Source: Nageia nagi (taxonomy: Eukaryota; Plantae; Pinophyta). Taken from it: a stretch of 64,000 bases of DNA. Positions 62,560 to 64,000 of this stretch are shown in pieces. Location: contig JBITNC010000001.1 in assembly GCA_050084985.1 (NCBI GenBank), forward strand, positions 15,624,001-15,688,000, in the 5' to 3' direction. The position numbers were made by a program, and so were the translations under genes. The notes below the pieces were generated by a model. That model had not been told where the DNA came from. It ran no database searches and was given only the letters and a program-made list of their open reading frames with translations. Positions within the stretch are counted from its first letter, which is position 1. Each line of letters begins with the position of its first letter.

Positions 62560-64000
62560 GTGTTCAAATGCTGAAGGTAGAGAACCCATAGGGAAGAGGA
62601 GGGTCGGGCGCTTGCTTTCAGGTGCATGCTTTTGCACTTGTCCCAAAAGGTGCAACCAAGATATAGAGCTTTCAAGTATGATGGAAATTGACTAAGTCCT
62701 TTTCGTCCACCAAGGTTGATAGGCACATGCATTCCGGGACATGCTTTTCCACTCATTCAAAACCGTGCACCCATCATCCTGGCGCCACCATTTGATCTCA
62801 CTACTAGCCAACCAGAGGGTGACATGTGGCAAGCTTGGAGACTATAAATATCAAGTCACCCCTTAATCATTTTCACCACTTCATTTCAAGTTTGCATTGA
62901 GCTCCCCAGTCACACCATTTCAGGAACATGCTTGAGCTCTCATTCGAATCGGTGCGCCAGGGAGGAATAAAGGATCAAAGGCATGCATGTGCAACTAGTT
63001 AGCCATTTTTGACTAAGACATTTCACTTTTGAACATGAAAGTCTGAGGCGCTTGCTTTGTAGCACATGCTTAATCACTCATCCAAATCCATGCGCCCCTG
63101 TGTGAAGTGATGAATTGGCCTTCCAAGAAGAAATTGTGGCCTTGAAATTGACTAAGTGACCCAAGGATCTAGTCGCATGTTTTCTAAGCAGTGGAAAAGC
63201 ACACATCCAAAATTGTACGCCCTGGGGTCAGAGACTAAAATTGTTTAAGTGTGAGAAGCTAGGAGTTGAAAAGTCAAGAAGACAAGTGGCAGACATGCAT
63301 CATACCATGCATAGACCCTCCATGCATCTCCTATAAAAGAGGGCAGCCCTAATCCATTTCTGCAAGATGTTTTGCAACCCAGACCTGCACGTTTAGCCAT
63401 TTTCAACTGCACCCTTTGAAGCATCCAACTTGATACTTGGTCATTTCTGGGGCATTCCTAGCCATTTTAGTCCTTTTTTTGCAAAGTTTTTAGAATTCAA
63501 AGATGACTTCCAAAGTAAGACCGCCCCCATTAAAGGCCAAGAAAACCTAGGGGCAGCTTTTTGAAAGACATGATTGTCACCAGAGATCAGATGACAAGGC
63601 TCCTAAGGGAGAGCAAAATAGAATTTCAAGAAAGAGAAAGACCAAAGCTCCCTGAAGCCAAATTCAAGGAGATACGTCTTTGTTGGAAACACAGACTGGG
63701 GAAATGTTGACCCCATCCAGACCATAGGCTCCACTGCCTCCATCAACAAGGAAGATCTATTAGATGAACTCATCCACTCATGTGGATTGTTCAATGCCAC
63801 CATGATAGCTTTTGCAGTTTCGTTTCCTAACTTGTGCTACGAGGTAGCAAAGCGATGTAAATATGACAAGAGTCCTCCTGGACATAGAGGGAAATGTGAT
63901 CATGGACTTCTTCCCCAAAGGAATGAAGTAGCCTCTAGTTGGAAAAGATACGAGGAAGATTATACATTGGCCAATTCAGAAGAATCCCATGATTCCACTT
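62560..64000 (+). mobile_element. Third ORF-bearing unit (close relative of 32749-39474), ORF start 63503, truncated by window end
   Basis: MTSKVRPPPLKAKK..QLFERH..QMTRLL.E..IEFQE.ER..LPEAKFK..VGNTDWGNVDPIQ; upstream sequence matches the reverse complement of ~37610-38350. Confidence 0.88.

Noticed and set aside
56166-64000. Further PHT4;4 exons (VLKFNLTESG...)
   Set aside because: Not found by eye in the remaining sequence; presumed to lie beyond the window.

Overview
Eukaryotic plant genomic DNA. It is AT-rich with very large TE-filled introns, which suggests a gymnosperm/conifer-type genome (inference). One intact host gene runs on the + strand: a chloroplast PHT4;4/ANTR2-type anion (phosphate/ascorbate) transporter. 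Six coding exons are visible (3183-56165, 440 codons, all GT-AG and in phase); the 3' exons lie beyond the window. Introns 3 (34.7 kb), 4 (12.4 kb) and 6 (>7.8 kb) are nests of retroelements: a full-length degenerate Ty1/copia with TSD, several ~1.0-1.5 kb gypsy-type LTRs, gag/PR/RT fragments, a LINE remnant and an intron-less importin-alpha pseudogene fragment. Intron 5 holds an hAT-type MITE. The most unusual signal is a group of 4-7 kb TGTTG...CAACA units, two of them with perfect 5-bp TSDs, that look like giant solo LTRs. Their U3-like part carries terminal twin hairpins and arrays of family-specific inverted motifs. Three copies also carry a G-box/TATA promoter and a non-gag/pol ORF of unknown function (~1000-1150 codons in the two complete copies). 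All calls were made by eye, with no database searches.
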